Assembly (NCBI GenBank): GCA_964497545.1
Contig: CAZCCY010000003.1
Location: 1-46,487 of the forward strand
Direction: 5' to 3'
DNA length: 46,487 bases
Source: an uncultured Methanosarcinales archaeon
GTDB taxonomy: Archaea; Halobacteriota; Methanosarcinia; Methanosarcinales; CAZCCY01
Under the pieces are notes generated by a model, which saw nothing but the letters and a program-made list of their open reading frames with translations, had not been told where the DNA came from and did no database searches. Shown here piece by piece: positions 1 to 11,241 of the stretch (its first letter is position 1; the number at the start of each line of letters is the position of its first letter). The translations under genes and the position numbers were made by a program.

Positions 1-429
1 TTTGTTGAGAATTTAAATGAGTCGCAGCTTGAGAATCGGTTTTTTAGAAGGATTTTCCAGGTCATCCTGCCAGATTTTGAGGTTCAGGAGACCACCAGGG
101 CTCAGGATTTTCCGGACTATGCTTTTTTTCCGGATCAGGAGTCCCTCAACAATGCTCACAGGGCGAAGGGCACCGGGTCCTTCTATAATGTGGCACTGGC
201 AATTGGTGAGGTGAAGAGGTGGGATGCTGAGCTGGACCGCTTCGGGAGGGATAGGCACGATAAAAGGAGAAACCCGAGCTTTCAGATATGGCTCTATCTC
301 CATGAGACTGAGCCCAGATGGGGTATACTCTCCAATGGCCATAAGTGGCGTCTCTACCATCGGGACATGCCCCTCACCATGACAACTCTCTTGTGTTCAC
401 ACCCAGCTCATAGTCAGTGGGACGTATGA
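1..429 (+). pseudogene. Fragment of a type IIG / Eco57I-like fused restriction-modification enzyme (N-terminal PD-(D/E)xK nuclease module only)
   Basis: Frame +1 is open from base 1 (FVENLNESQLENRFF...). It contains the D...ExK-like blocks 'FPDYAFF' and 'ALAIGEVKRW', and 'NPSFQIWLYL..WGILSNGHKWRLY', typical of the nuclease head of fused R-M enzymes. No methyltransferase part follows; the ORF ends at 429 in AT-rich DNA. Confidence 0.4.
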
Positions 430-740
430 GATTCCCCATGTTCTCTAGGAACTCAGGTTCAGGAGGTCAAATCAATATAGCGATCATTTTTACTGATAGT
501 AATTTTTAAAAATTTTATTATATTTTAAAAGTGGAGGCTAAATATGGGCAAATCATGGCATATTCTAGATTACACACTATAATTAATAATCATGTAATAG
601 ATATAATCGATAGCAGTAGAAATTATGCGGAATATCCGATAACCTCTTGAATGTCAGTAGGAAGAGTATATCCAGCGAATTCAGAGGCAAGCTCTCAAGT
701 CCGTGCTCAACCAAATGCGCATTAAAGAGTGACTATAATT

Positions 741-1508
741 TCAGGATTCTGCAATGGCCTTCTTAACTTCATTCAATATCTCGGTTCTCACCTCCTCTAC
801 CGGTCTTGACCCGTCTACGATTCTAACTGCCGAGGCTCGAAGAGCCGAGGCTGCCGGAGTGTAACTTCGGCTTCTAAAAGGCTGATACTTCGTATCAGGA
901 GACTCGGCTTGGCGATGAGCTTCATTTTTAGAAGGTTTGAAACTTCGTTTCTCCTGCTTTTTGTCCTGTTTCAGATGACCCAGCAGATTGAAAATGGCTC
1001 TTACCTCTGCCAGGTATTTCTCTCTCTCAAATTCATTGGGCGGCTCATTTCTATTTTTTATCCGGCGGACAGCTTCGCCAGGTGTTATATCCAGTATTAT
1101 TGTCAGGTCTGGCCTGGGCGCGATTTCCTCATTCTTTCTCTGAATTTCAAAGGGATCAAGTCCCAGGGCCCCCTGGTAGGCAATGTTAGAAAAATAGTAC
1201 CTGTCCATAATAACAATTTTACCGGCATCCAGGGCAGGCCTAATATTCTTTTTAACATCCTCCATCCTGTCCTTTAAAAACAATTCAAACTCTTCTTGTG
1301 GAGAGATGTTTTCCCGTCCTTTTAAGGCTATTTCCCGTATTTTATCCCCATATATGCTGTTGCCTGGCTCTTTCAGCCGGAGGACAGGGTAACCTTCCTT
1401 TTTAAGAGATTCTTCTAGCAGGACGGCCTGGGTTGTTTTGCCTGCTCCATCTATACCTTCAATAGCAACGAGAAATCCCTTAGACAGTTTGTTTGGGATA
1501 AGGATCAT
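741..1508 (-). CDS. tmk: Thymidylate kinase carrying a ~48-codon in-frame insertion near the C-terminus
   Basis: P-loop 'VAIEGIDGAGKTTQ', 'DRYYFS' and the conserved tail 'VRIVDGSRPVEEV'. At 255 aa it is longer than the usual ~200 aa because of the repeat element at 821-971. Confidence 0.9.
   Translation of the reverse strand: MILIPNKLSKGFLVAIEGIDGAGKTTQAVLLEESLKKEGYPVLRLKEPGNSIYGDKIREIALKGRENISPQEEFELFLKDRMEDVKKNIRPALDAGKIVIMDRYYFSNIAYQGALGLDPFEIQRKNEEIAPRPDLTIILDITPGEAVRRIKNRNEPPNEFEREKYLAEVRAIFNLLGHLKQDKKQEKRSFKPSKNEAHRQAESPDTKYQPFRSRSYTPAASALRASAVRIVDGSRPVEEVRTEILNEVKKAIAES
821..971. repeat. Multi-hairpin repeat element, copy A (in-frame inside tmk)
   Basis: Consecutive hairpins: GGCTC-GAA-GAGCC (834-846), GCCGGAGT-GTA-ACTTCGGC (853-871), CTGATAC-TTC-GTATCAG (882-898) and GAAAC-TTC-GTTTC (939-951). 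The 51-nt core 821-871 matches 37856-37906 at 40/51 positions. Confidence 0.65.
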
Positions 1509-1519
1509 AGAGCTAATCT

Positions 1520-1538
1520 GCCGATATGATATATCGGC
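1520..1538. other. Perfect 8-bp stem / 3-nt loop hairpin 12 nt upstream of the tmk start
   Basis: GCCGATAT-GAT-ATATCGGC read directly from the sequence. It lies between the SOR stop and the tmk start on the minus strand. Confidence 0.4.
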
Positions 1539-1662
1539 CTATCGAGTATTTCCATGCTACGGAAATTTTAAGAGGACTATCTAAAACAAATTCAATCAGG
1601 AGTTTGCCGAATATCGTTTACACAGCAGTGCTACTCTCCATTTTAAATTGACTTCCCCCCTT

Positions 1663-1668
1663 AAAAAA
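1663..1668 (-). terminator. Oligo-T tract (T6 on the coding strand) 5 nt after the SOR stop
   Basis: Plus-strand A6 lies immediately downstream of the minus-strand stop at 1674-1676. Archaeal terminators are oligo-T tracts. Confidence 0.35.
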
Positions 1669-1673
1669 CAGCT

Positions 1674-2063
1674 TTAGACAAGTTTAATGGTCTTGGTGTT
1701 CTCCCATACGCCGTGGAGATTGCAGCATTCGACCGCCCGTAGGGTCACATCTCCTTTAGTCCAGCCTCCCGCTTCGCTGAGGACAACCATCATTTCCAGC
1801 ACAGGCTCTGCAACTCCAGGAGCAAATGTTATCCTGCCGAGGCCGACATCTCCCGCATAGAGGGAGATACACCCAATCCAATGGCCCAGCATGTTAGGAT
1901 GAGCCAGAAGCTCGCCCACGTTCACCGTAACCTCAAAGGGTTTACCAAGTTCCACTGTACTCTCCACATGGATAATAGGAACATGCTTCTTTTCAAGGTC
2001 AGTCATATTCTCCGGGTCTCTAACCCTGTTTATTTTGTTAAGATAGAATTCTGGTTCCACCAT
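1674..2063 (-). CDS. sor: Superoxide reductase (1Fe neelaredoxin-type)
   Basis: Motifs 'EKKHVPII', 'HPNMLGHWIGCI' and 'CNLHGVW' give the His4Cys iron ligand pattern. The ATG at 2063 (MVEPEF...) is preferred over the GTG at 2126 offered by the ORF track. Confidence 0.8.
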   Translation of the reverse strand: MVEPEFYLNKINRVRDPENMTDLEKKHVPIIHVESTVELGKPFEVTVNVGELLAHPNMLGHWIGCISLYAGDVGLGRITFAPGVAEPVLEMMVVLSEAGGWTKGDVTLRAVECCNLHGVWENTKTIKLV

Positions 2064-2253
2064 CTCTTTCACTTCCCTAAAATCCCCCCTCAGCCTGGAA
2101 TTATACCAGGTGAACCGGGTCTTCACCCCTTCAGAAAGAAGGGGACACCGCCAAACCTATGGGTATTAACGATTTAAATACCTTTCTAGCCGTACTTTAT
2201 TTTTTTGTTGGGAGACTCCACGGGCAGAGAGGTATATTTCACAGTAATCGTTG

Positions 2254-4161
2254 TTAGAGCATGCGGATGGTCTCCAGGTTTTTGGGGGCGCGGGTCTCTA
2301 TCCTGAATTTCCGGTAGACCGAGCTTGCCAGGTCTGTGCAGTTTCTGTCGTCTCCATGTTCGGTGAGAATCAGGTCTGGTTTAGGTCTCAGGTGTCGGAC
2401 ATAGCTCATTAACTGCTGTCGGTCCGAGTGGCCTGAGAAGCCGTCCACTGTCTCAACCCGGAGGTTTATTTTCATGGTCTCAATTTTACCCGGCGAGGGT
2501 AGGGGCAGTTCTGTCCACCCTTTCTGGATTCTTCTTCCCAGGGTCCCCTCTGCCTGGTAACCCACAAAGACAAGGGTGTTCTTCTCCTCAGGCCCCAGCG
2601 CCCGGAGGTATTCCATTACAGGCCCGCCGTTTAGCATGCCTGAGGTGGAGATGATTACTGAGGGCTCGCCGCTGTCGATGATATCGGCCCGCTTGCCCGG
2701 TGAGTCTACCTGGACAAAACACTCAGAGAGGAAAGGATTCATCCCCCTGTGGAATATGAGGTTGCGGAGGTCGTTGTTGAGATACTCCGGATAGGTGGTG
2801 TGGATGGCTGTAGCCTCCCAGATCATGCCGTCAAGGTAGATGGGGATCTCAGGTATCTGCTTTTTACGGATAGCCTCCTCCAGTACCAGCATGACCTCCT
2901 GGCTCCTGCCCACAGCAAACGCAGGGATAATCACTATCCCCTTCCTTGCCACTGTCTCTTTGACGATCCGCTGGAGGTACTTCTCCGCCTCCCTCCTGGG
3001 TGGCTGGAAGTCCCGGGAGCCGCCATAGGTGGCCTCCATAATCAGGGTCTCTATCCTGGGGAACTCGTTGACAGCAGCGTCAAAAAGCCTTGACTTCTCA
3101 TACTTGAAATCGCCGGTGAAAGCAATGTTGTAGAGGCCATCCCCGATGTGGAAGTGGACCACTGCAGAGCCCAGAATGTGACCTGCATTGTGGAGTGTCA
3201 GCTTGATGTCCGGGGCGATATCTGTGACATCCCCATAGTTGAGAGGGATGGTGTGTTTTATGGCCTCCCGGATCATGGCAGAGTCATATGGCGTCTTTTT
3301 GCCTTCCCGGGCCACGATGTCAAGGTAGTCGAGCTGGAGCAGGGCTGTCAGGTCCCGGGTGGGGGTGGTACAATAGATCGGCCCCCGATAGCCGTACTTG
3401 TAGAGTAGTGGGACCAGCCCGGCATGGTCCAGGTGGGCATGGGTCAGCACCACCGCGTCAAGCTGGTTTATGGGATGGACCTCAGGTACATAGAGGTAGG
3501 GTGACCCATTTGGGTCTGCCACATTCACACCACAATCGATGAGCACCCGGCTCTCCGGCGTTGAGAGGAGGAAGCAGCTTCTACCCACCTCCCGGCAGGC
3601 CCCAAGCATGGTCAGCCTGACCCATGTGTCCCGCGGGGAAATCTCCCGGTGGATCTTACGGCCCACAGACTTGAGAATGGCTTTACGCTCGTCTTTCACC
3701 GAGCGCATGAACTGCCGGATGTTCTCCACCGTAGCTGACTTAATCGGCGGAGCCCGGACAACCCTGGGAGTCCATCCAATACCCTTGGTAATCTCCCGGA
3801 GCGTCTCCCCATGCTTACCGATAACAAGACCTGGTTTTTCAGCCTCAATGACCACCTCGCCTGTGTCCACCTCAAAATACTGGTTGGAAACACCCGCATC
3901 CTCAGGCACAATCTCCTTGATTTTCTCGACAACATCCTCCGGGTCTGCCAGCACCTTGGGGTCTGGTCTGACCACAACCCTCTTACGAATCTCCTTGGCA
4001 ATAGCCCGGATTAAACCATTACTGTCAGCAAACTTTTTGAGGTCCTCGGTATAAATGACCAGCTCCGGCCCCTCAAATTCAACATTGGACAGAGAGATAT
4101 GAGGGGGGAGCTTCCCCTGAATCTTCTGCTTCAATTCCTCCAGCACATCATCTACGGTCAA
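2254..4161 (-). CDS. aCPSF1: KH-domain plus metallo-beta-lactamase/beta-CASP ribonuclease
   Basis: N-terminal KH region ('[12 protein letters not shown]'), 'THAHLDHAG' (HxHxDH) and the beta-CASP/RMMBL tail; 635 aa. It appears to use a TTG start with a GGGGG run 9 nt upstream. Confidence 0.9.
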   Translation of the reverse strand: MTVDDVLEELKQKIQGKLPPHISLSNVEFEGPELVIYTEDLKKFADSNGLIRAIAKEIRKRVVVRPDPKVLADPEDVVEKIKEIVPEDAGVSNQYFEVDTGEVVIEAEKPGLVIGKHGETLREITKGIGWTPRVVRAPPIKSATVENIRQFMRSVKDERKAILKSVGRKIHREISPRDTWVRLTMLGACREVGRSCFLLSTPESRVLIDCGVNVADPNGSPYLYVPEVHPINQLDAVVLTHAHLDHAGLVPLLYKYGYRGPIYCTTPTRDLTALLQLDYLDIVAREGKKTPYDSAMIREAIKHTIPLNYGDVTDIAPDIKLTLHNAGHILGSAVVHFHIGDGLYNIAFTGDFKYEKSRLFDAAVNEFPRIETLIMEATYGGSRDFQPPRREAEKYLQRIVKETVARKGIVIIPAFAVGRSQEVMLVLEEAIRKKQIPEIPIYLDGMIWEATAIHTTYPEYLNNDLRNLIFHRGMNPFLSECFVQVDSPGKRADIIDSGEPSVIISTSGMLNGGPVMEYLRALGPEEKNTLVFVGYQAEGTLGRRIQKGWTELPLPSPGKIETMKINLRVETVDGFSGHSDRQQLMSYVRHLRPKPDLILTEHGDDRNCTDLASSVYRKFRIETRAPKNLETIRML

Positions 4162-4207
4162 TTTGAATTCCCCCGAAAAAGGGATGATAAATAATACAAG
4201 ATTCAGT

Positions 4208-4828
4208 CTAGTTTAAAGAATCCTTGATTTCCTTGATTCTCCCGTTATCAACCACAAAATATCCATCCCGCGTTATTTTCACGACATCAATCCCATCTCC
4301 GGAGGCAGCATCCCTCTTCATGGCATTGTGAAGAGCCCGAATTGCAAGCTCAACGCCTTCCTCCATCTCGATGTCAGGGTGGTACCTGTCCTCCAGCACA
4401 CCATAGGCAATAGGCGAGCCAGAGCCGGTAGCTACAGCCTTCCGCTCCTCAATCTGCCCTCCAATGGCATCAAGAGAATAAACAGCCGGGCCGTTTTTAT
4501 CCACACCGCCCACAAGGAGCTGGACAAAAAAAGGATAAAAGCGAGAACTGTTAAGGATGTTGGAGAGCAGCGAAGAAATGCCACGAACAGTCATCGGCTC
4601 CTGCCTCCGCATCCTGTAGAGCTTAGACTCGACCTGCATCCACTTTGCAAGCCGCTGCGCATCCCCCACAGAACCGGCAGTAGTCATACCCACACACTCG
4701 TCAATCTGATAGATCTTCATGGCATCCCTGCTGGCAATAAAATGCCCCATAGTAGCCCGCTTCTCAGACGCGAGCACCACACCGTCCTTGCAAATCATCC
4801 CAATGGTGGTAGTTCCCTTAAACTTCAT
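4208..4828 (-). CDS. psmB: Proteasome subunit beta
   Basis: Short propeptide followed by the catalytic '[19 protein letters not shown]'; 206 aa. Confidence 0.9.
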   Translation of the reverse strand: MKFKGTTTIGMICKDGVVLASEKRATMGHFIASRDAMKIYQIDECVGMTTAGSVGDAQRLAKWMQVESKLYRMRRQEPMTVRGISSLLSNILNSSRFYPFFVQLLVGGVDKNGPAVYSLDAIGGQIEERKAVATGSGSPIAYGVLEDRYHPDIEMEEGVELAIRALHNAMKRDAASGDGIDVVKITRDGYFVVDNGRIKEIKDSLN

Positions 4829-4962
4829 GTCTGTTACCTCAAAAACGAGAAAACTAGCAATACAACAATTACCTAATCTCCTATTTATACCTTCCTGAAC
4901 CCTCCAGGGGGAAAGGTAAATATAAAAAGAGGGGCTGAGAATAGAAGCCCTGTAATGGAGGA

Positions 4963-5610
4963 ATGTCTAAGTTGAAACTGAAACTGGCTGTTCTCGCTGT
5001 CCTGGTGGTGCTGGCATCAGGCTGTCTTAAAAGCGACAACAATGGTAGCAGTGACTCTACTACTGATATCACCCTGTTGAAGGGAGATTTCGAGGTGGTC
5101 AGTGGGTTTGAAAACACCCACACCCGGGGTGAGGTCAAGGCTATGGAGTTTTTTGACTTTTACTGTCCTCACTGTTACCAGCTTCACATCCAGGAGTCAA
5201 GGTTGGAGCGTAAATATGGGGATGCCCTGAAAATGACTTCCATGCCCTTCCCCCTCAGACCAGCCAGTTTCCCGCCCCTTGAGGCGTATGTAATCGCCCG
5301 GGACATGGGGAAGGGTGAGGAGATGAAGGACGCTATCTTCAGGGCCAAGTGGGAGGAGGGTCTTGACATCGGGAACAAGGAGGTGCTGGTGGAGCTGGCA
5401 GGCCGGGTTGGCCTGGACACAGACGAGTTCAAATCCCGCCTTGAGAAGGGAGCTAGAAGGGAAGTCCAGAACTCCAGAACTCTGGGAGGCAGGTATGGCA
5501 TCTCTGCCACCCCTACTGTAATCCTGGACAACAACATCAGAGTAACCGGTGCAGATGTCGATAACCTTGAGACAGTGATTACGAGCATCCTTGCACAGGA
5601 CGTAGAATAA
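4963..5610 (+). CDS. DsbA-family thiol:disulfide oxidoreductase lipoprotein
   Basis: Signal peptide with a lipobox-like 'LASGC' and the thioredoxin-fold CxxC motif 'FYCPHCY'. Confidence 0.7.
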   Translation: MSKLKLKLAVLAVLVVLASGCLKSDNNGSSDSTTDITLLKGDFEVVSGFENTHTRGEVKAMEFFDFYCPHCYQLHIQESRLERKYGDALKMTSMPFPLRPASFPPLEAYVIARDMGKGEEMKDAIFRAKWEEGLDIGNKEVLVELAGRVGLDTDEFKSRLEKGARREVQNSRTLGGRYGISATPTVILDNNIRVTGADVDNLETVITSILAQDVE

Positions 5611-5667
5611 AATAAACGTGTGTGAGCCTTAAGTTAATATACTGCTGTCTCCGTAGGGGGATGTGTA

Positions 5668-6558
5668 ATGAAACGGGAAAATGTCCTGATCGAGGCTCTG
5701 CCTTACATCCGGGAGTTTTACGATTCCATTATGGTGGTGAAAATTGGGGGGCGGGCTATGGTTGACCCCAGGATTCTGGAGCAGATTGTCCAGGATGTTG
5801 TTCTTCTGAGGTATGTGGGTGTCCACCCGGTTGTGGTGCATGGTGGGGGGCCGGAGATTACCGAGAAGATGGAGCGGATGGGGAAGGAGACCGAGTTTGT
5901 GGCTGGTTTGAGGGTGACCGACAAGGAGACGCTGGAGATTGCCAGGATGGTGCTGGTGGGGAATATTAATACCAGGATTGTCTCGCTCATCGGGAGGTAC
6001 GGGGGTAAGGGTGTGGGCCTTGTGGGGAGTGATGGGAATCTGATTCTGGCCAAGCGGCTGCCTCCCAGGCTTGTCCGGCATGGTGGTGTGGAGCGGATGG
6101 TGGACCTTGGCTTTGTGGGGGAGATTGAGATTGTTAACCCGGAGTTGTTGATGATCCTTGCAGGTAAGGGGTTTATACCGGTGGTCTCACCTATTGCGGT
6201 GGAGGTGGAAAGTGGAGAGCATCTGAATGTTAATGCTGACACGGTGGCCGGGGACCTGGCCGCCGCGCTGAAGGCTTTGAAGCTGATATCGCTCACAGAT
6301 GTCCCCGGGGTTCTGCGGGAGGAAGGGGATGCCAGCACCCGCATCTCTAGGCTGGAGCTTTCCGAGATTGAGGAGCTTGTCAGGGATGGTGTTATCCGGG
6401 GTGGCATGGTCCCCAAGGTGACAAGTGGCGCTGCTGCCTGCCGGGCAGGGGTGAAAGAGGTGCACATCATCGATGGGAGCAGACCCCACGCACTCCTCCT
6501 GGAGCTTTTCACAGACGAGGGCGTGGGAACCATGATATACCGGAGAGAGGACTACTAA
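5668..6558 (+). CDS. argB: Acetylglutamate kinase
   Basis: 'IMVVKIGG' and 'VVVHGGGPEI' amino-acid kinase signatures; 296 aa. Confidence 0.9.
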   Translation: MKRENVLIEALPYIREFYDSIMVVKIGGRAMVDPRILEQIVQDVVLLRYVGVHPVVVHGGGPEITEKMERMGKETEFVAGLRVTDKETLEIARMVLVGNINTRIVSLIGRYGGKGVGLVGSDGNLILAKRLPPRLVRHGGVERMVDLGFVGEIEIVNPELLMILAGKGFIPVVSPIAVEVESGEHLNVNADTVAGDLAAALKALKLISLTDVPGVLREEGDASTRISRLELSEIEELVRDGVIRGGMVPKVTSGAAACRAGVKEVHIIDGSRPHALLLELFTDEGVGTMIYRREDY

Positions 6559-6561
6559 CAA

Positions 6562-6894
6562 GTGGGGAAGTTTAAGGTGACAAAAACAGAAGGAGACAAA
6601 GGTGAACTGGCAGAGGCAGTGGCATTCCAGGTTGTGGAGGTTAAGAAGATGCTTGTGCCAGCCCTGCTGGGGAGTCTCCTTGGCTTTGTGTTCTACAGGT
6701 ACCTCGGCACCGGGGAGGGTATACCCTGGTTCTCTCCCCTCTTCCTGGCACTTGCGGCTGCCTACTACCTCCAGCGTGCTATCTTCCCCCTCCTGGGGCT
6801 GGATGTAAAAGAGTTCGAGCGGAAAGACTGGCTTTATGTGGAATTTGTTGTGCTTCTATTCCTCATTCTATCCTGGACATTTCTGTTAAACTAG
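6562..6894 (+). CDS. Small membrane protein (about 3 TM), function unknown
   Basis: GTG start 3 nt after the argB stop. Hydrophobic segments include 'LVPALLGSLLGFVFY', 'FSPLFLALAAAYYL' and 'VEFVVLLFLILSWTFLL'. It ends 2 nt before ABCE1. Confidence 0.4.
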   Translation: MGKFKVTKTEGDKGELAEAVAFQVVEVKKMLVPALLGSLLGFVFYRYLGTGEGIPWFSPLFLALAAAYYLQRAIFPLLGLDVKEFERKDWLYVEFVVLLFLILSWTFLLN

Positions 6895-6896
6895 CC

Positions 6897-8669
6897 ATGA
6901 AACGGATTGCAGTTCTTGATAGGGATAGATGCCAGCCGAAGATGTGCAGCCAGGAATGCATCAGATTCTGTCCCAGGGTTCGGACCGGCGACGAGACCAT
7001 TGTGATGGGAGAGGACGGCAAACCTGTGATATCGGAGGAACTCTGTATCGGATGTGTCATCTGCACCAAGAAATGTCCCTTTGGCGCGATAATGATAATC
7101 GGGCTGCCAGACGAGCTGGGCGACCCGGTACATCGCTATGGTGTTAACGGTTTCTCCCTCTACGGCCTGCCGGTGCCGGTGGAGGGGAGGATAACCGGCA
7201 TCCTCGGCCCAAATGGGATCGGTAAGAGTACTGCGGTGAACATCCTCTCCGGTAACCTCCTGCCCAACCTGGGCAGGGAAAACACCAGGTGGGAGGATGT
7301 CCTGGAGAGGTACCGGGCCTCCACACTCCACGACTATTTCAAGAGCCTCCGAGGGGGTGAGGTGAGGACCGCGATTAAACCCCAGTACATCGACAGGATC
7401 CCCCGGCACTTCCAGGGTGTGGTCTCAAAACTCCTGGAGCGGACAGACGAGCGGGGCGTGCTCTCCGAAATACTCGAAGAGTTAGAGTTGACCCTGGTGG
7501 TGGAGCGGGACCTTGCCAGTCTGAGTGGAGGTGAACTCCAGCGGGTTGCACTGGCAGCGTGTGCCGCCCGGGATGCAGACCTCTACTTCATCGACGAGGT
7601 AAGCCCCTACCTGGACATCTATCAGCGCATCAAGGCGGCCCGCCTCATCCGTGGCCTTGCAGAGGCCGGGAAAGCTGTGATAGTGGTGGAACATGACCTG
7701 GCCATCCTCGACCTCCTGGCAGACCATGTTCACATCGCCTATGGCATGCCTGGGGCATATGGTGTGATAACCCATCCCAAGGGTATCAGAGTGGGCATCA
7801 ACCAGTACCTACGAGGGTATCTCCCGGAGGAGAACATTCGTATCCGCCCCCAGCCTGTGGAATTTGAGGTCCACGCCCCCCTACCTTCCAAAGACATCGA
7901 AATCCTCTTCATATATCCTGGTTTCACCAAGAGCTACAGTTCAGGCTTCACCCTCCGGGCCAGTGGCGGGAGCATCCGGAGGGGCGAGGTGATGGGAATC
8001 CTCGGCCCCAACGGGACAGGCAAAAGCACCTTCATGAAAATCCTGGCAGGAGAAACCAGACCAGACCAGGGGGAACTGGAGACCGGCCTGAAAATCTCCT
8101 ACAAACCCCAGTACCTCCAGGCAGACCAGTCCATGAGGGTGGACGACTTCCTCAGGAGCATCACCCGCCAATACAACACAAGCTACTATCAGACCGAGAT
8201 CCTGAAACCCCTCCAGCTCGACTACATCCTCGACCACGACCTCACCGAGCTAAGTGGAGGCGAACTCCAGCGGGTGGCTATCGCAGCCTGCCTGAGCCAG
8301 ACCGCCGACCTCTACCTCCTGGACGAGCCAAGCGCACACCTGGACGTGGAACAGCGGATGATGGCCACCAAAACCATCCGCAGATTCGCAGAAAACAACC
8401 ATGTGACAGCCATGGTAATCGACCACGACATCTACATGATAGACCTCCTAAGCGACAGACTCCTGGTCTTCGAAGGCACACCCACACAGCACGGGGAGGT
8501 CCACGGCCCCTTCGAGATGCGACCAGGAATGAACAGGTTCCTCAAAAGCCTGGGCATAACCTTCCGCCGGGACGAAGAGACAAAAAGGCCCAGGGTCAAC
8601 AAGCCCGGCTCCAAACTCGACCGCCAGCAGCGGGCAGAAGGAGAATACTACTATCTACCGGTGAAATAA
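6897..8669 (+). CDS. abce1: ABCE1 / RNase L inhibitor-type ribosome recycling ATPase
   Basis: N-terminal double 4Fe-4S motifs ('CQPKMCSQECIRFCP', 'CIGCVICTKKCP') plus two ABC cassettes ('GPNGIGKST', 'GPNGTGKST', twice 'LSGGELQRVA'). Confidence 0.92.
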   Translation: MKRIAVLDRDRCQPKMCSQECIRFCPRVRTGDETIVMGEDGKPVISEELCIGCVICTKKCPFGAIMIIGLPDELGDPVHRYGVNGFSLYGLPVPVEGRITGILGPNGIGKSTAVNILSGNLLPNLGRENTRWEDVLERYRASTLHDYFKSLRGGEVRTAIKPQYIDRIPRHFQGVVSKLLERTDERGVLSEILEELELTLVVERDLASLSGGELQRVALAACAARDADLYFIDEVSPYLDIYQRIKAARLIRGLAEAGKAVIVVEHDLAILDLLADHVHIAYGMPGAYGVITHPKGIRVGINQYLRGYLPEENIRIRPQPVEFEVHAPLPSKDIEILFIYPGFTKSYSSGFTLRASGGSIRRGEVMGILGPNGTGKSTFMKILAGETRPDQGELETGLKISYKPQYLQADQSMRVDDFLRSITRQYNTSYYQTEILKPLQLDYILDHDLTELSGGELQRVAIAACLSQTADLYLLDEPSAHLDVEQRMMATKTIRRFAENNHVTAMVIDHDIYMIDLLSDRLLVFEGTPTQHGEVHGPFEMRPGMNRFLKSLGITFRRDEETKRPRVNKPGSKLDRQQRAEGEYYYLPVK

Positions 8670-9765
<1,096 letters not shown>

Positions 9766-9766
<1 letters not shown>

Positions 9767-10272
9767 TAATTTACACTCTCTTCTTCTATGCGTACAGGCG
9801 AGGGGAGCTTATGGCCAGCCTTCCGGAGAGCCTCCCGGGCATGCTCAATGTTGGCAGGACTGGTGTAGACCGTGAATATCTTCTGCCCAACCTTAACCCT
9901 GGCAGCAGTCCCCACAGCCTTGCCAAAGGCCTGCCGCATCCCCTGGGAGACCCGATCCGCACCAGCACCGGTAGCCTGCTTATTCTCCCGGAGAACCTCG
10001 AACGGATAAACCCTCAACTTCAAATGATAATTGGCCTGGCCCACCCGCTTCATAAGATACTTGTTAGCAATAACCCTTGCAGCCTCAAGAGCACTATGCC
10101 GGATCTGACAGGCCTCCTCGACAGCCAGCGACACCTCCACCGGGAAATCTGTCTTAAGGTTGCCCATGTCAAACTGGACCACCTTGATACCAGGCACACC
10201 TCCCATGTACTCCCGCCGGGTGTAAGACCGCTGCTTCACATTCCGATACATGCTGGCAGGTTTTCTGACCAT
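9766..10272 (-). CDS. rpl10e: Ribosomal protein uL16 (L10e)
   Basis: '[28 protein letters not shown]' is the characteristic L10e N-terminus; 168 aa. Confidence 0.9.
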
Positions 10273-10425
10273 TCCTATAACCTCAAAGTTAAAATTTAAC
10301 TCCCCCCCTTTATGACCTGTAGGGTTATAAGCCCTTCCCCCTCAGCATAAGGGAAGGCACTGCTTTTATCTACCCTCAGTGTCCTATCTCTAATGTTATA
10401 TTAGTGTAGGTTGGAGGGTGTACCT

Positions 10426-11214
10426 ATGATAGCTGTCCTCAAGATTGGTGGAAGTGTGATTACAGATAAAACCTGTGCCGAGACACCCAGACTGGAGGTG
10501 ATGGAGCGGATTGCAGGGGAGCTCAGCGCCTGGGAGGGGGGCCTGGTGCTGGTTCACGGTGCTGGCTCCTATGGCCATCCCCAGGTGAAGGATAATGGGG
10601 GTATGGCTGTCATTGTAAGGGGGGATGAGACAGCCCGGGAGGCTGCTCTGCGGCATGCCAGGTTCATCGACATTGTTCATTCCTCGGTGGCAAAGTTGAA
10701 CGCTCTCTTTGTGGATATTCTCTGCCAGGCTGGCGTCCCTGCAGTTGGATTCCACCCCCTTGAAATCGCGCTGCAGGAGCGGGGCAGGCTGATTTCACTC
10801 GACACAGGGGTTGTGAGCCTTGCCCTTGAGCGGGGGTTTGTACCGGTGCTTCACGGGGATGTTGTGTTTGACAGGGCAATCGGGGTCTCAGTACTCTCAG
10901 GAGACCAGCTCACACCTTTCCTTGCCCGACAGCTGGGTGTGGACCTGGTAGGTGTTGGCACCAATGTGGACGGTATCCTGGACCCCCAGGGGAAAGTCGT
11001 CCCAGAGGTTAATCCTTCTAATTTCCAGGAGATTAAAAAGTGGCTTGGAGGGGGGAGCGGGATTGATGTTACCGGTGGGATGGCTGGCAAGGTGGAGGGG
11101 CTTCTCTCCCAGGGTGTCAGGGCAAGGGTGTTTAACGCCTCCCGGAAGGGTGTGATATCCAGTTTTCTCAGGGGAGAAAAGGTAGGAACACTGATAACAG
11201 GGGGGGTAGGCTAA
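10426..11214 (+). CDS. ipk: Isopentenyl phosphate kinase
   Basis: 'VLKIGGSVITDK' and 'VLVHGAGSYGHP' amino-acid-kinase fold signatures. The ATG at 10426 is preceded by GGAGGGTG; the ORF track offers a TTG at 10411. Confidence 0.85.
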   Translation: MIAVLKIGGSVITDKTCAETPRLEVMERIAGELSAWEGGLVLVHGAGSYGHPQVKDNGGMAVIVRGDETAREAALRHARFIDIVHSSVAKLNALFVDILCQAGVPAVGFHPLEIALQERGRLISLDTGVVSLALERGFVPVLHGDVVFDRAIGVSVLSGDQLTPFLARQLGVDLVGVGTNVDGILDPQGKVVPEVNPSNFQEIKKWLGGGSGIDVTGGMAGKVEGLLSQGVRARVFNASRKGVISSFLRGEKVGTLITGGVG

Positions 11215-11241
11215 TAACAGGTCAGGTCTATCTGGTGTGTC

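Noticed and set aside
430-740. Possible tRNA or small RNA genes here and in other AT-rich intergenic regions (15938-16290, 32024-32256, 32905-33085, 38628-39037)
   Set aside because: I could fold no cloverleaf-compatible GC-rich stems or conserved T-loop / D-loop sequences by eye. tRNAscan-SE or Infernal would be needed to exclude them formally.
2064-2126. 21-codon GTG-initiated extension of the SOR ORF
   Set aside because: The extension (KTRFTWYNSRLRGDF...) is not SOR-like. The ATG at 2063 gives a typical 1Fe-SOR length.
3539-4054. 171-aa plus-strand ORF and several shorter ORFs within 2576-4014
   Set aside because: All lie inside, and antisense or out of frame to, aCPSF1.
5718-6533. 271-aa minus-strand ORF
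   Set aside because: It is entirely antisense to argB, which has clear kinase motifs. Its translation is Ser/Pro/Thr/Arg-rich low complexity, typical of a shadow ORF in GC-rich coding DNA.
10330-10358. CCTTCCC...GGGAAGG 7-bp inverted repeat between rpl10e and ipk
   Set aside because: The stem is short, the loop is 11 nt, and it lies in a divergent promoter region. It is not distinguishable from chance without conservation data.
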